From positions 8,000,001 through 8,064,000 of the forward strand of contig CM052816.1 of the NCBI GenBank assembly GCA_028534125.1: a DNA stretch of 64,000 bases, read 5' to 3'. The position numbers were made by a program, and so were the translations under genes. The notes below the pieces were generated by a model. The model saw only the letters and a list, made by a program, of their open reading frames with translations. It was not told where the DNA came from and did not search any database. This DNA comes from Lama glama (Eukaryota). Of this stretch, positions 51,290 to 64,000 are shown one piece after another. Positions within the stretch are counted from its first letter, which is position 1. Every line of letters begins with the position of its first letter.

Positions 51290-52135
51290 TCCGACCTAAC
51301 ACGTCTGACCGGAAATCCCCATTTCTCTCCCCAAACCTGCTGTCCTGCAGCCTTCTCTGTCTCAGTAAATGCCTTCCCAGTCCCTCAGCCCAGAAACCCT
51401 GCCGTTGACACCATTACTCTCACACCCTACATCTGATCCATCAGCATATCCTGCAAAACCAATCCAGAGTCCGACCCCACATCCCACACTACGCCGTCCT
51501 CTGGCGTCTGCACGACTGAGGCACCTCACCTCCTCCAGTCTTCTCTCCATGCCGCAGCCCGCAGGATCCCTCTCAAATGTGTGTCGAAACAAGGCAGCCC
51601 CAGCCCCTCGGGCTTTACTTAGACTAAAGAGCAAAGTTGTCTTGAAGGGCCAGGAGGCCCTAGGCGATCAGTCCCTCCGCACTCCCTGGGGCTCCATCTC
51701 CTCCTGGGAAGCTCTTGTTCTCCTGCCCCCGCCACACCAGCCTCCTTGTTGCTCCTCAAGCACGCGCCGTGCCCTCCTGCTTCAAAGCCTTGAACTGCTG
51801 CTCCCTCAGCCTGGAATGTTCTTCCCCAAATACCCTGCAGCTCCCCAGGTCCCTCCTGGAGTCTGCTGCCCCCTTACCAGAGACTTGCCATGACCCCTCA
51901 ACATAGCAGAGCCACTCCCTCCAGCCACACTGTCTACCCCAACTCAGCTTAATTCTTGCAGGCACTCCTGGCCACCTGACAAACAGCTAGTACTTGTCGG
52001 TCTGCTGACTCTCTTCCACCATTAGAATGTCATCTGAGTCCAAAGCGGGCACCGGGTCTATTTTTTTCACTGCTGTGTCCCAGTGCCCAGAAAAGTGCCT
52101 GGAACAAAGTAGATGCTTAATAAAAATATACTGGC
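51290..52135 (+). mobile_element. LINE-2 3' fragment
   Basis: ctcccaaacctgct-like start...ctcagcctggaatgttcttcccc...ttcactgctgtgtcccagtgcccagaaaagtgcctggaacaaagtagatgcttaataaa. Confidence 0.8.
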
Positions 52136-55100
52136 TGAGGGACTATGGCTTCCCCCATCTGAGCACCTTTTGGTTTCTGCAGCCCCTAGGAGACCAGGGT
52201 GGCCTGGAGGCTGAAATGATACTCCACCTGTGCCAGCTGGAACCCTGAGGGCTGTCACATGAACAAGCCTGGGACAAGTAACCGCTTAAACCAGAGCAGG
52301 ACTTACACCAGACCCTGTCCAACACCTCTGCCACCCTTTTGGCCACAGCTGGGCTCACGGGGCAGCTCCAGTCCCAGCGGGAACATGGACTGGACTGCAG
52401 CTGGGTTCCCTCCCAGCCTGCCAGCGCTGCTGGGGTCCTGCATCTGACAAAGGCTGCCCCTTGCTCCCAGCTAGAGGAGGTGGAGGAGGGAGGCCCAGTG
52501 CCACGCCTGCCCTTTTCCTGTTGTCAGCAGGAGGACCATCAGAAGGAAGCTTTGTTCCCAGAATAAAGAGCATGAAGCCCAGTGCCAGGCGGAAACGGGC
52601 ACAGAGGCAGCTGGTCCATTAGAGACAGTTTAAGGAAAAAGAAAAAAATGGGATGGAGGATGTTTGAGGGGGTAATTTGCACACCCAACCGGTTTCATGC
52701 CTCGAGGGTGGCTGTGAGATGGTGCCTTCACTTTTCCAGGCCCAAGCCTTGAGGTTGTCACAGACAATCAGAGATTATCCCAGCTGGGTGATCTGGCTCA
52801 GACCCTGCAGAGGGAGGTGAAGACAGAGGACTGTGCCCTTGAATGGAAGCTGAAGACCTGGAGCCCACATCCAGCTTTCCACACACTTGTGTGTGACACT
52901 GGGAGAGTTCCTCCCTCTGTGTGCCTCAGTTTACTCAACTGTAAATGGCTTCCATAGGCCTGCACTTGAAGCCTCAGCCTGCCTGCCACAGGACCACACA
53001 GAGGGGCGCCCCTCAGCATGTGGCCGGATCACTGGGCCACCCAGGCCAGTTCTCCAACTTCCTTGGGCACAGGCACTGCCTCTGCCCATTCTGACCCAGC
53101 TTCCAGCCTGCCTCCTCCCCCAACATCAGGGCACTCCTCACCTGAGCTGTTACCTGAAGAATGTGAAACCTCTCTGTGTCTGGCCAAGGTAGGCCCAGGA
53201 CTGAGGGCCCTGACCCCACCCAGACACTGGCACCTGCCCCGATATGCCCATCACCCTCTCCAAGGACGGCTCACCAGACACTTGGGGCCACAACCACCAG
53301 GAAGAGCCCAGCGTGTTGGTGCACAGAGGGTGAAAAAGAAGCCCAGAGTGGGAAAGGAACACGATGATGTCACACAGTACAACTGCCACCCTTGGGTCCT
53401 CCCTACCAGTCTTGGGCTCCTTGAACTAAGACAGGGTCCTCAAAATGTGTCTACAGATCCTCGTGTCTGAACCTCCTAGGGACGGGGATGCTGGACCCCA
53501 GACTGAAGGAATCAAAGATAGGGAGACAGAAATCTGCACGCTTTTTTAAAAAAAATAAGCTTCCCAGGTTCTTCTTATACCCAGAACAACTGTGACCTCT
53601 CAGCTAAGACCTCTTCCAGGAGGAGACACCTTAGCTGGCCTCAAGGGAAGTTTAGGTTTTCAATTAAGAGTGAAATAAGCCTTGGACAGACAGGCAGCTG
53701 GACAAAGGAGCTGATGACTAAAGCGCATACCCTAAGAGAAGAATTAGGCAGAGAAAGGCCTGAAGGAGGGGAAGCCCAGTCCAGTAAACTCCTGAACTGA
53801 TCCTCCCCCAGCACCTCTATCCCCAGGCCCCCCAGGAGGCAGAGGTCTGTACTCGGTGCCCTCTGAAGGCTGCTGATGCCAGCCTCCCTCTGGCCCCAAG
53901 CTCCTCCAAACCCCCGAGAAGAGTGAAACGTGGTGACAGCTGCAGGGGAAATGTCCCTCTCCTTGGCTATACTGTGGGGACAACACTTTGAGTGTTTATC
54001 CGCAGCTTAAGAAGCTGCCTGGGTCAGTGGCTAAGCAGCCACAGCTTATCCGGGAGGAGGATTCTCGGGCCACGGGGCAGGCTGATCCAGAGGCTTCTAT
54101 TAAATGGAATCTTCACAGCTGGCGAGGAGCACCGCTGCCCCGCCTTCATTCATAAAGGAAGCACTTATTATGCTCCTGCTGTGTACACAGTCCTGAACCT
54201 GAGCACAATGTTTTCAGGGACAGAGATGAGTCAGCCCCCCATCCTCAAAGGGCCCACAAAGCAGACAGGTGGGGCACCACACAACACAGGAGAGAAGGCA
54301 GGCCGTGCCTTCTTCAGGACAGGGAAGAAAACTCAGATGCCTAGACTATAAAGTGTGTAAGTGTGCAAAGTGGCTGGGTGGGGATGGGGCAAAGTGGAGT
54401 GAATGTGCCTCTTCTCCAGCAGTAGCCACTGGAGAATGTAGGCTCAATGTTTTCTGATCTTCTCATTTTTGAAGGAAAGCCAGAAGTTGGGATTCTTACG
54501 TAAAAATCTCCTGTTGGCAACTAGCTCAATATTTGGCATGGACCAGGTGAAATCTGCCCGTGGGGTGGATATGGCCTGCCAGTTTGTGGCCTCTGTTTTC
54601 TTAAAGAGAACAGAATGCAGAGCTCAGCAGAGGAGACCTCTCTGCAGCCGAGGTACCAGGGGAGGCTTCCTGAGAGAGGAAGCTTGGTGCTGGGCTGCAA
54701 GGATGGGGAGGCCACTCCTGCAGAGGGACTCATGGGGAGGGGGTGGGCGTGTCTGCTGGAACCATGGGGCCATTGGTCAAGGGCCTCCCCAGCCTATAGC
54801 CTGCCTCTCCGCCTAAAAAAGAGTCCCCGTCTCCATCCCCGAAGCAGGCACAGAAGTAACAACTCTGTCCCCAGGTGACCGGGGTCGGGGTTGGAGGGCC
54901 GCTTGCCCAGCAAACCTCCGAACTAAATCAATTCATCCCTGGAGCTTGAGGAACAGGTCAGCTAATGCAACAGCTCCACTGGGGGAAGGGAGAGGAAGAG
55001 ACAATGGAGGACAAAATGAGGTTGAGAATAACGTCCTGCCTGGCTGGGCCCCACTGGTTACATAATCCTGCCTCAGGACAAAGCCATGTTCAAGGCACTA

Positions 55101-57979
55101 GTGAGGGCCTGAGCTAGGGAGTCCCAGGATGCAGAAGATCCTCCCCCCCTTCCCTGCCCACCCCTGCTCTCCAACCTTGCCCTGCAGCTCCTGGAAAGCC
55201 CTACACAGAGTGCAGAGCTGGAGGTGGAGACTAAGACCCCAAGATAAGGCACTTAACAGGATCACACAGCAAATTAGCAGCAAAGCTGAAACTGATAATA
55301 ACAGCAAACTTTAACCAAGTGATTACTTTGTACCAGGCACCAGGATAAGTCCTTTATACACACGATCTTATTAAAAGTCTGTAACACCATGAGATAACTA
55401 TTCTTATTCTTCCCATTTTACAGATGGGGAGACTGAAGCACAGAAACAGTAACTTACACAAGGTCACTCAGGAGCTGGCTTAGAGGAGGAGTCAGCTTAG
55501 AAAAACCTACAATGGCCTCGGAGACCACACTGTGAACCACAATACTACGCTGCCACCAGGCTACTTTCGACTAGAACCACACTGCCTCTCCAGCAACCTT
55601 CTCTCATACGCCGCCCCCTGCCCTCCCGCCAGTACTCTGGGGGATACAGTCCTCTAACAACCTGACGAAACCTACAGATACTCTCTGCAGAGAAAGAATC
55701 CACAGAAATCCCCTACAAAATGCTGCACTGGTGAGAATGGATGGATCCAGATCATGCAATACTCCAGAGATAGGAGACAGCAGAGGAGGGGGACTCTCCC
55801 AGGCTCTCTGGGCCCCGCATAGCTGAACTCAGAGCCCAAACGGCCGCTTTAGTCCACAGGCGTGGGCATGAATCAGAGCTCAGGGCCTAGTCATTCCTTC
55901 AGGGCTGGGAGAACAGAATGAATCACGATACACAATAGCCCTCGCCCCTGCACCCACTGGGTGTGACTCACAGCTCCCAGCTGCTGGGCAGATGGTGTAC
56001 AGCTGGGCCCCAGCATCTGGAAGTGGGTGGCATCACCGAGCACACACCATGTCTCTTCCCTACCATCCAAAGGGCCCACCTTGCTGCAGAGCAGACTGGC
56101 CTTGTCCCGACTCCAGCAGCTCTGAGCGGCTCCAAGGGGGGACCCTGCACAGTCCCTGCCAGCCTCCAGGCCAGCTGGGGCCCTGGGAATAGTAAATCAA
56201 GACAACCAGCCCTTCGAGGCACTGCAAGACACAGGCTCCCTCCCGCGCCTCACTATGCGACCTCAGGCAACCACCTGCCACCTCTCAGGGTCTCAGTTTC
56301 ACCAGCTATGAAGGGGAGAGACCATCCTATCAAGTCCTTCCCAGCTCCACAGCCCTGAGTCTATAAACAACAGCATCTGACAAACTTCACGGAACCCTGG
56401 GATCCTGCGTTCAGGAAGTTACATAAACATCCTTCAGAGAAACAAAAGTCAAACCTAAAGACGCAACTCTTTTTTTTTAAGGATATCAAGAAGCCCTTTT
56501 TATAGTCTGACTTCCCCCATCCCACTTCCATTGTTCCAAATATCCTCTCAGGACCTAGAAAATACATTCGGTTTCCGTCTGGGGTCTGGGCTTCTTGGTG
56601 TTCTTCCTCTTGGATGCTGCCCCACCCTCCTTGGCAGCTTTCTCCCCCAGACACACCCATCCCCACCCCCAGCATTGGTCTGGGCCACCCTGAGGGCTAC
56701 CGCTACCCAGCCTGCCAAAGAAGGGGAGCGGGTGCAGGGACAGTTTTCAGGAAACAAACCCTTCCCTGGTCAGAACAGAGAGAGCCTCTGCGTCTGGTCC
56801 TACGCGTGACACAGCATGTGGCCTGTGTGGGTCCCTGCTCCTCTCTGGGCCGCCAGTCCCCATTGAGAGATGAAGGGGTTCCTACACGGTGTCAGGAAAG
56901 CCCCTGGGCTCCTGGATAGTACCCTGGGGTCACTGAGACAGCAAAGAACAGCAGGTGGACAGCAGGCTCTGATCTTGACTCCTCACCCTTTCTGATGGAA
57001 CCAAAGAAGACCCACTTTTCTCTCTGATTTTATCTTTTGCCCTCTCTCTAGGACCCTGAATTCAGCACTGTGCCCTCTTTTGCCTCAAATGGCCCTCCAT
57101 AAGACTGGGAGAATGACACTGTCTACAGTGGAGGCCCCAGCTGGGAGGCTTGAGCCCTATCCACCCTAATACAACCCCATCACCGCCCCCTCAGCAGAGC
57201 CTGATTTACTCATTTGACAGGATATGTATTTCTGCAGCTTTATAAAGAAAGCCTGCCACACAAATACAACGAGACAATCCCCCACGGCCCTTCTTCCAAT
57301 GAGATCATGCGTCCAAGCACCCCTACAGAATTCCCAGATCTACCACCTTATTATGGCTGTGAGCCCTCAGTATTTTCATCTATAAAATGGGGCCCCAGGA
57401 TTACTCTGGTGATTACTCCAAATAAGATTACATGGAAGTGAAAAAAAATTACACGGAAGTGCCCAGCAAGAACTGATGAACTCCCCACAAACGTGAGCAG
57501 CAATTATATGATCATTATCACCAAAATTATTGAGATGCTGGACTGGTGACAGTCCACTGGACTGGTGACAGCTGAGGCCCCTCAGCCCACTGGATCACAA
57601 GGCATGATCACACATGCATGCATTGACCCCCAGCCCCAGTGCACACCCTTCTCTGAAGGACCCATTCTCTGACCCCAGCACCAAAACACAGCCAGCTTGT
57701 CCCTGGCACCCATCCTTGTCACCTACAAGGCCTCCCACCTTCAAGTCCTCCAACCCCACCTTCTTCAAGGGGCCCCAGCACTGTCTGCTCTAATCACGTT
57801 GAACCCCATCAATGTGGCACAAGATTATTTCCTGGGGAGGGGACGTTGGTACAAGATGGTGTTTCCTGAAGACAAGGTAAAGAGAAACTGGGCTTTCCTC
57901 TGGGTCCCCCACATTTGCTGGGTGTCTGAATACATTAAGAGCCCAAAGAAAGAAGTGTCAATTTATTTTTATTACCTAA

Positions 57980-58190
57980 CCAAGCGTTTCTGGAACTGTA
58001 GTATGCATTAGAATCACCTGAAGAACTTAAAACAGATTGCTGGATCCCCCTCAACCCCCAGTTTCTGATTCAGGAGGTTTTGGGTGGGGCTGGACAATTA
58101 GCATTTCTAGTAAGTTCCCAGCTAATGCTGATGCTGCAGGTCCAGAGACCAACTTTCCTCTCCTCCCCTCTCCTCTCCTCAGAACCACTG
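57980..58190. mobile_element. MER5A hAT DNA transposon
   Basis: gcattagaatcacctgaagaacttaaaacagattgctgg...cagtttctgattcaggaggt...gcatttctagtaagttcccagctaatgctgatgctgcaggtcc...agaaccactg. Confidence 0.85.
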
Positions 58191-58352
58191 ACTTAACCTG
58201 CAGGTGAATCAAGGAGAGCTTTTGTGAATAGGTGATGCTAACACTCCTGTCAATGGCCAAGCAGGAGCTGCCCTGGAGTAAGGAGAGCAGGGGATCCAGG
58301 CAGAGGGTGCAGCCTGAGTGAAGGCCCTGCCATGACATTCATTTCTCCTCAC

Positions 58353-58500
58353 CTGGCCTCTGCCTGGGCAGGTAGCACAAATCAGTGATGGCTGCGTAAT
58401 AACTCCAACAAACCTCCACCGACCGCCACCCTAGACCTGCCCGGACAGGCCGATCCTTGGCCGGCCCAGGGGTGAGGTGAATCCACGCCCCGCCTCACGG
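58353..58500 (-). promoter_or_regulatory. Candidate upstream promoter/first exon: small CpG cluster with SP/KLF boxes and a downstream donor
   Basis: CCACGCCCCGCCT at 58483-58495; CpG-enriched 58420-58550; donor CAG|GTGAGG at 58353/58352. Confidence 0.35.
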
Positions 58501-61500
58501 AGCCAGACCTCAGGTCTGAACGGGCCCGAGTCCCCACCACTTCGCAAGCACACAAGCACCTGCAGACATAACCACTTCCACCTTGGCCAGCTCTGATGGT
58601 CTCCTTGTTTCCAGTGCCTCACAGAACAATTCAGCTTCATCTGACTAGAGCGGCCCCTCAGACACCACCAGACCCTGATGGTAACCCCTCCAAGTCTGAA
58701 CCACTCCAGGCCAAGCTGTCCACCTCGCTTGATCTTAAAAGGGGGTGACAATAGTGCGCATCTCCCACTGCTATTGGGAGGATTAAAACGAGCTCCTGAG
58801 TCGTTAACTACGTGATCAACTACAGCGCCAACCATAACTAACGTGGACTGAGCTTGTGGTTAAGCACCTTCCCTTTCTAAATGCCGAGAGATGCGGACAA
58901 TTATTATCCCCTTCACAAAGAGGAAGAAACTAAAACACAAGCAAGAGGTGGTCCAGCAGAGATTTGAACCCAGACCATCCTGCTCCAGAGCCTAGCTCCC
59001 AGCCTCTCCTCTATCTGTGTCCTAGTCACCTGTCTCAAGACCTAGCCCAGGTCACTTCTCCCTGCCACCATCCTTTCCCCCTTCCCGGAGCACAGGGAGG
59101 CTGGTCGGGAGGCCCCTGGAGGCTGCAGCCCACAGTGCACACAGCCTGGGGTACAGGTCCCTGGGCGTGAGGGCAGCCACAGCACTTGCCAGCCAGGTCA
59201 ACTTATCCAGCATAAATTTTAGATACTCCTCAACGTGGACACCAGGGAGGATGCTGCAACTAGAGAACTTGAGCACGTTAACCCTGATGAAAGAAGAGAA
59301 GACAAAAAACAGGTGTAACCGAGAGAGGAAATTCTGCCAGGCTTCCTGGCTAAGGTGGGCAGTTCCCACACCGCACACAAACTGCCCTCTCTCTCCTGGT
59401 CTCAGTTTCCTTATCATACGAGCCTCCTCAAGTCATTAGAGAGAAAGTCTAAAAACTCAAACTCCGGAGATTCTTCCCTCCATCTCTCAAAAGACAGACC
59501 ATCTCCTAGGCATAAACAGTAATTATGATAACCATTGTTCTCCTCGCACAGCTCCTACTTGCGGGGCTCTCACCAGGGGTCAGGCACTGATGTGCTCAAC
59601 CTCCCTAGCAAAACAGAATTACTACCATCCTCGTTTTCCAGTGGAGGAAAACAACGCCCAGAGAGGCTTAGGTGATTTGATCTAGATCCCACAGCTAGTG
59701 GTGGCAGAGTTGGAATGTGAACCCAGGAACTCGGACTCCACTCTGCAATGCTGCCCACCCACCGTGGGGCAGAAATGGCCCACTCGCAGACACTGCCTCC
59801 AGAGAACGGAGCCTAGAGGAGATGGGACTCGTCCTGAAGGAGTCAGAACTCAAAGCCAGGTGTGTGAAGGGCCCCGCAGAGACCCAGATAGCAGGCCCTG
59901 CACATGGAGAGCAGGGATCAGGCAGTGCCAGCTCTGCGGAATTAGGAAGAGGTCACAGTGGAGCTGGGCACTGGCAGGGGAGAATCTGGGGGTGGATGTG
60001 GGGAAGTGACTGGGGCGCAGCATCCTCACTGCCAGCAGAAATGTGGAAGCCAGAAGCGATAGGCACACACAGGGAGGGAAAAGAGGCGGGTTCTGTCAGG
60101 GTGGACGGGGATTAGGAGGTGGGGCACTGAGGTTACATCACAGGTCATCTCCCACATCTTGCCCTCAAACATAAATGTTCATTTGCAATCCAACCTGTAT
60201 CAAAAAGTAAAATAGACAGGAATAAAAAGCTCCAGGAGGCAACTTGACACAAACCCATCTTCATCTAGATAAGAGCTTCAGAGCCCTCTGTGACTCCTTT
60301 GGTGACAGACTGGCTTTGGCCATGAGGCCACACAGTCCAAGACATCCACATTTACCCCTTCCACCAAGCTCCAAACCTCCAAGCTGAAGCTGACAGGCAG
60401 AGCTTTGTGACAATGCCACCAGCAGGAGACCCCTAAGGCCAGGAGACCTTGCTTTTAACCTCTAATGAGGGGAAGGAGGGGGATACCCCTGACCCCTCCA
60501 CGACCTGATGCACCCCAACCCTCCCACTCCTCACTTTCAAACCCACCAGCCCTTTCCTCCAACTCCTGATAATTGAGCCTGATTCATGATTCAGCCTTAC
60601 TTCCTCACGTTTGAGGAAAGAGAGACTGAATCCGTTTCACAGAAAGGAAAGTGGGAAGGTTCCAGTCCTCTGTGAAACCCGATTCAGACATTCTGAGAGT
60701 CTCTCAAAGGTCAGTGGGGCTGAGTGTTTTCCACGGAGCAAGGGTTCTCCCAGGCAGAGCACTGTAGGCAGGGCATGTATGGGGAACTTCTGGAGATGCA
60801 CAGGAGGGGGCAGCTCTGAAAAGCTTTGAGAGAAACAGAAGTGGGCCAACCACTACCCCAAAAGCTGAGATTCTCAGGCAAAAAGGGAACTGAAAGAGGT
60901 CACCCAGGCCTGGCCCTCCAGTACCTGCCTTTGGCACCCTCTCCAACCCTCCTGCCTCTTTGCACGGCGATGGGGACCTTGCTGCCTCCCTGGGCAGCTT
61001 ATTCTCCTGTTAGCTTCTCTGTCACCCTTGGTGCTACCTCTGCCCTTCAGAGCCACACAGGACAAGACTATGCCCTCTGCCCAAAGAGAGCCCTGCAGGG
61101 AACTGAAAGTAGTGACGCTGCCACTTAAGGGTCCGTCCCCAAGCCTTAGATTATCTGTGATGACCCCATCCCCAAGGCACCTACAAAGTCTGGTAACCTC
61201 CCTCCTCTTCCCTCTCAGTCCCATGCCCTGAGTCAGACTTCGGTCAAATTTCTGCTGGACCACAATTAGCATCATCTCTGAGCTGGTCTCAACCCTATCA
61301 GTCTTACCACCATCTCTGGCCAAAAGACCCGGGAGGAGCAGCACAATAGGGCAGAAACACTTCAAGCCTGGGTTCGAACCCAGTTCTGCAAGTGACTCAG
61401 CCCCTCTGAGCTTCCACTTCCCCGTGTGACAGTGTGGTGGGGCAGGGGGTGACCAGCAACAGCAGCTATTTTACAGAAGTATTGTGAGATTTCAATGGAG

Positions 61501-63489
61501 CGTCTGTAAGGAGCCTGGCACAAGACAGAGTAACAGGCATCGACTCAACCAGCTGCTGACAGCCCTCTGTCCTCTCCACCAGCCACAGAATAAAATCCAA
61601 ACTCCTGAGCAGGATACTGCAAGCTCCCCACCGCCCGATCTCGCCTCCCACTGCCCCCCTTCCCACTGCCTGCACCCTCACAAACACTTCCTCCCTCAGG
61701 AAGCCCTGCCGACATTAACAACCAGAGGAGCTTTTCCCCTCCACTGACCTTCCAAAGCCCATCTATCACTGATCACATCCTGCCTCTTCGCCATCACTTG
61801 ATGCTCGCCTTCCCTCCCCCATCAGATTAGCAGCCTCTCCAGTCAGAAACCAGCAGCACTTCATCCCATTTCATTTCCCCTTCACCCTCGTCCACAGAGA
61901 TTCTCCATACATATTTAACAAATTACCCTAACGTTCCATTTCAAGTAAAGAATGTCCAAGTCCTGTAAACAGTCCAGATATTTCAAGCCATACCCAAAAC
62001 CAAATTCCAAGCCAGTAGAAGTCTGCCTAGTCTCTAGGGACTTGCAGGCCTGGCTTTGACCCCAAAGTATGAAAGACAGGTCAAGCAGGTCCAAAGCTCA
62101 GGGCAGAAAGAGCTCTGGGCTGCTGAGACCAGAGTCCATTTCTAAGTTTTTCACATGCAGAGTTTCTCAGCTGGCCCCTAGGTCAACCCCCAGCCTATGA
62201 TTTCATACTCTTAACCACATCCTCAACTTGTGACTGTAATACTGCTCTTTGCTTACCCCCTTGTGATAGGAGACTCACTCTCCATGTTTTCATACTTGCT
62301 GGCTCCTCCTCCCTTCACCTGTTGATTCTCTTGCTCTGATCATAAAGACCAGGAGAATACAACCGCATGCCAAGGGTCATCCCACCCCTCAGGACTCCTT
62401 TCAGCCCCTCCACTCAATGCCCCACATTTCTGAGTCCCCTCAAAGTCCAGCTAAGTAGTGGAATTTCCACTCTTGTTCCTAAAAGCTGACAGTGAACTGT
62501 CAGCCCAGGAGGGCCCCCTATTCTCAGGGCCCAGGAAAAGCCTACAGACACTGCAAATCCCAGACGCAGTGCTGGAGTAGCCCTCGGAGCAGTCAGAATA
62601 GTAATAATGCACAAACTTTCCTATCCTGAAAATGTCTTTCATTATCTGTTCCCATTCCATTGTTTTAAGATGTCATTTGCTAACTAGAAATTTGTTCTCC
62701 ATTTTTTAAGAAATTACTCAAGACCCCCACTCAGAGCCTGATTCACAATCATGAGATAATACCCCCACCAAAAGACTGGGCCAGTACAGGGCACTAAGGC
62801 AAATGAAAGTCTGGGCCACCCCACATTCACTCCTGGACTACTTACTGAGGGCCTACAGTGTGCCCTAGGCGCAGAAACCCATATACACATACATTTTCCA
62901 TGAGGATTCTGCAATCAGGACAGTGGCTCACAGTCCACCCTTCATTACTGTCCTCAAGGACCCTTGGTGCTGCAGCACCTAGGTCAGCCCATTACTTTAG
63001 CAATGAGGACCCTGCAGATGAGTCAGATAAGAGGACGTCAGGAATATGAATCCCTTGGCCTTATGTCTCCCATCGCCCCAAGGGCTCCACTTCTGGTCCT
63101 ACCTCTGCCCCCTGCTGATCTGAAAGTGACCTGGTCTGAATGGAGTTGAAAGGCTCTGCGGTCCCCTGGGTGCTGGAGAGAAGCCTGTTGACAAAGTCAC
63201 CAGCTGTCCCCAGCAGGAGCCAAGGAGAGCTCCTCCCTGCACCACTCACACTGGGAGAGCACTCCTGTCGCAAACCTAGGCAGCAACAGAACTTGGACCA
63301 TCAGGGAGCTCCAGGCCCAGCAGTAACAAGAGCCAGGGCACAAGACCTCAGTCCGCACCAGTACCAGGCAGAAGGAGCATCACTTGGGGGTAACGGTCAA
63401 GGGAAGAGGGGCTGGTGTCCTCATAATTTCTATGGAAAATGATACCATGAACTCAGTCACAGCAAGATCTTATAGAGCCCTGTAGTTGA

Positions 63490-63690
63490 GATTCAGGCTG
63501 GGGGAGGAGAGTCAAATCCAAGCTCTACTTCTTCACACCTGTGTGACCTTTAGGATTCTGTGCCTCAGTATCCCCATCTGTAAAATGCTGCTAATAGTAA
63601 TGTGGGAGAATTAAATGAGATAATGTATGTAAAGCAATTAGCCCAGGGCCTGGCACATAGTAAACATTCAACAAATACTTGTTGAATATA
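63490..63690 (+). mobile_element. MIR SINE (one of many further MIR/L2 relics across 37-64 kb)
   Basis: tgtgtgacctt...tgtgcctcagtatccccatctgtaaaatg...aattaaatgagataatgtatgtaaagc...cctggcacatagtaaacattcaacaaat. Confidence 0.85.
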
Positions 63691-64000
63691 AGCTTGCCAC
63701 AATTAACTAAGGTACCACAGGTTCTCGTTTCATCCATATTCTGGCAGATACTATAAATTGCCCATTTTACAGGCAAGGAAACTGAGGCTAGGAGAAGGTA
63801 AGGGCCTATCCCAAAGTTACAGAGCTGACAGACACCCAGGTCAGTCTGAACCTCAGATCAGGGACAATAATGCCCCAGGCTACTCCGAATGCTTTGGGGG
63901 CAAGAGTACAGCACCAGGGCGTGATGGTGGGGCTCTGTAACTCCTGGGTCTAGCATGGCTCCTAGCTGACCCGGGTGCCTGAATCTGGGAAAGAAGCAGG

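Noticed and set aside
57540..57572. Short direct repeat ggactggtgacag x2
   Set aside because: Simple local duplication with no tail or array; not CRISPR-like
62100..62370. Possible ERV LTR relic
   Set aside because: LTR-like composition, but I could not identify termini, TSD or family by eye
37200..64000. Many 60-199 aa ORFs upstream of exon 2 (e.g. 43020-43619, 51369-51893)
   Set aside because: Low-complexity Pro/Ser/Gly translations of GC-rich intron and L2/MIR relics, many with non-ATG starts; no recognisable protein family

Overview
This is mammalian genomic DNA, not prokaryotic. The window holds the complete coding region of NDST1 (bifunctional heparan sulfate N-deacetylase/N-sulfotransferase 1) on the minus strand. 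There are 14 coding exons, from the ATG at 36796 to the TAG at 11392-11390, summing to 2649 nt (882 aa + stop) with an intact frame. A 384-nt 5'UTR part of the first coding exon carries two uORFs, and a ~4.9 kb 3'UTR ends at an AATAAA at 6515-6510. About 27 kb of upstream/intron-1 sequence holds two candidate non-coding first exons but no large CpG island. Twelve coding introns are GT-AG; one is GC-AG and splits the PAPS-binding PQKTGTT loop. The rest is typical eutherian repeat content (L1, L2, MIR, MLT1, MER5/MER45/MER58) plus three good CTCF motifs. I recognised no Alu, Bov-tA/BovB or PRE-1, and one short tRNA-derived SINE resembles camelid SINEs, so a camelid host is a tentative inference. 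Almost all ORF-track entries are spurious or shadows of exons. I found no convincing new biological system; the notable points are regulatory and retrotransposition details. Exon numbers follow human NDST1 from memory, and repeat boundaries are approximate.
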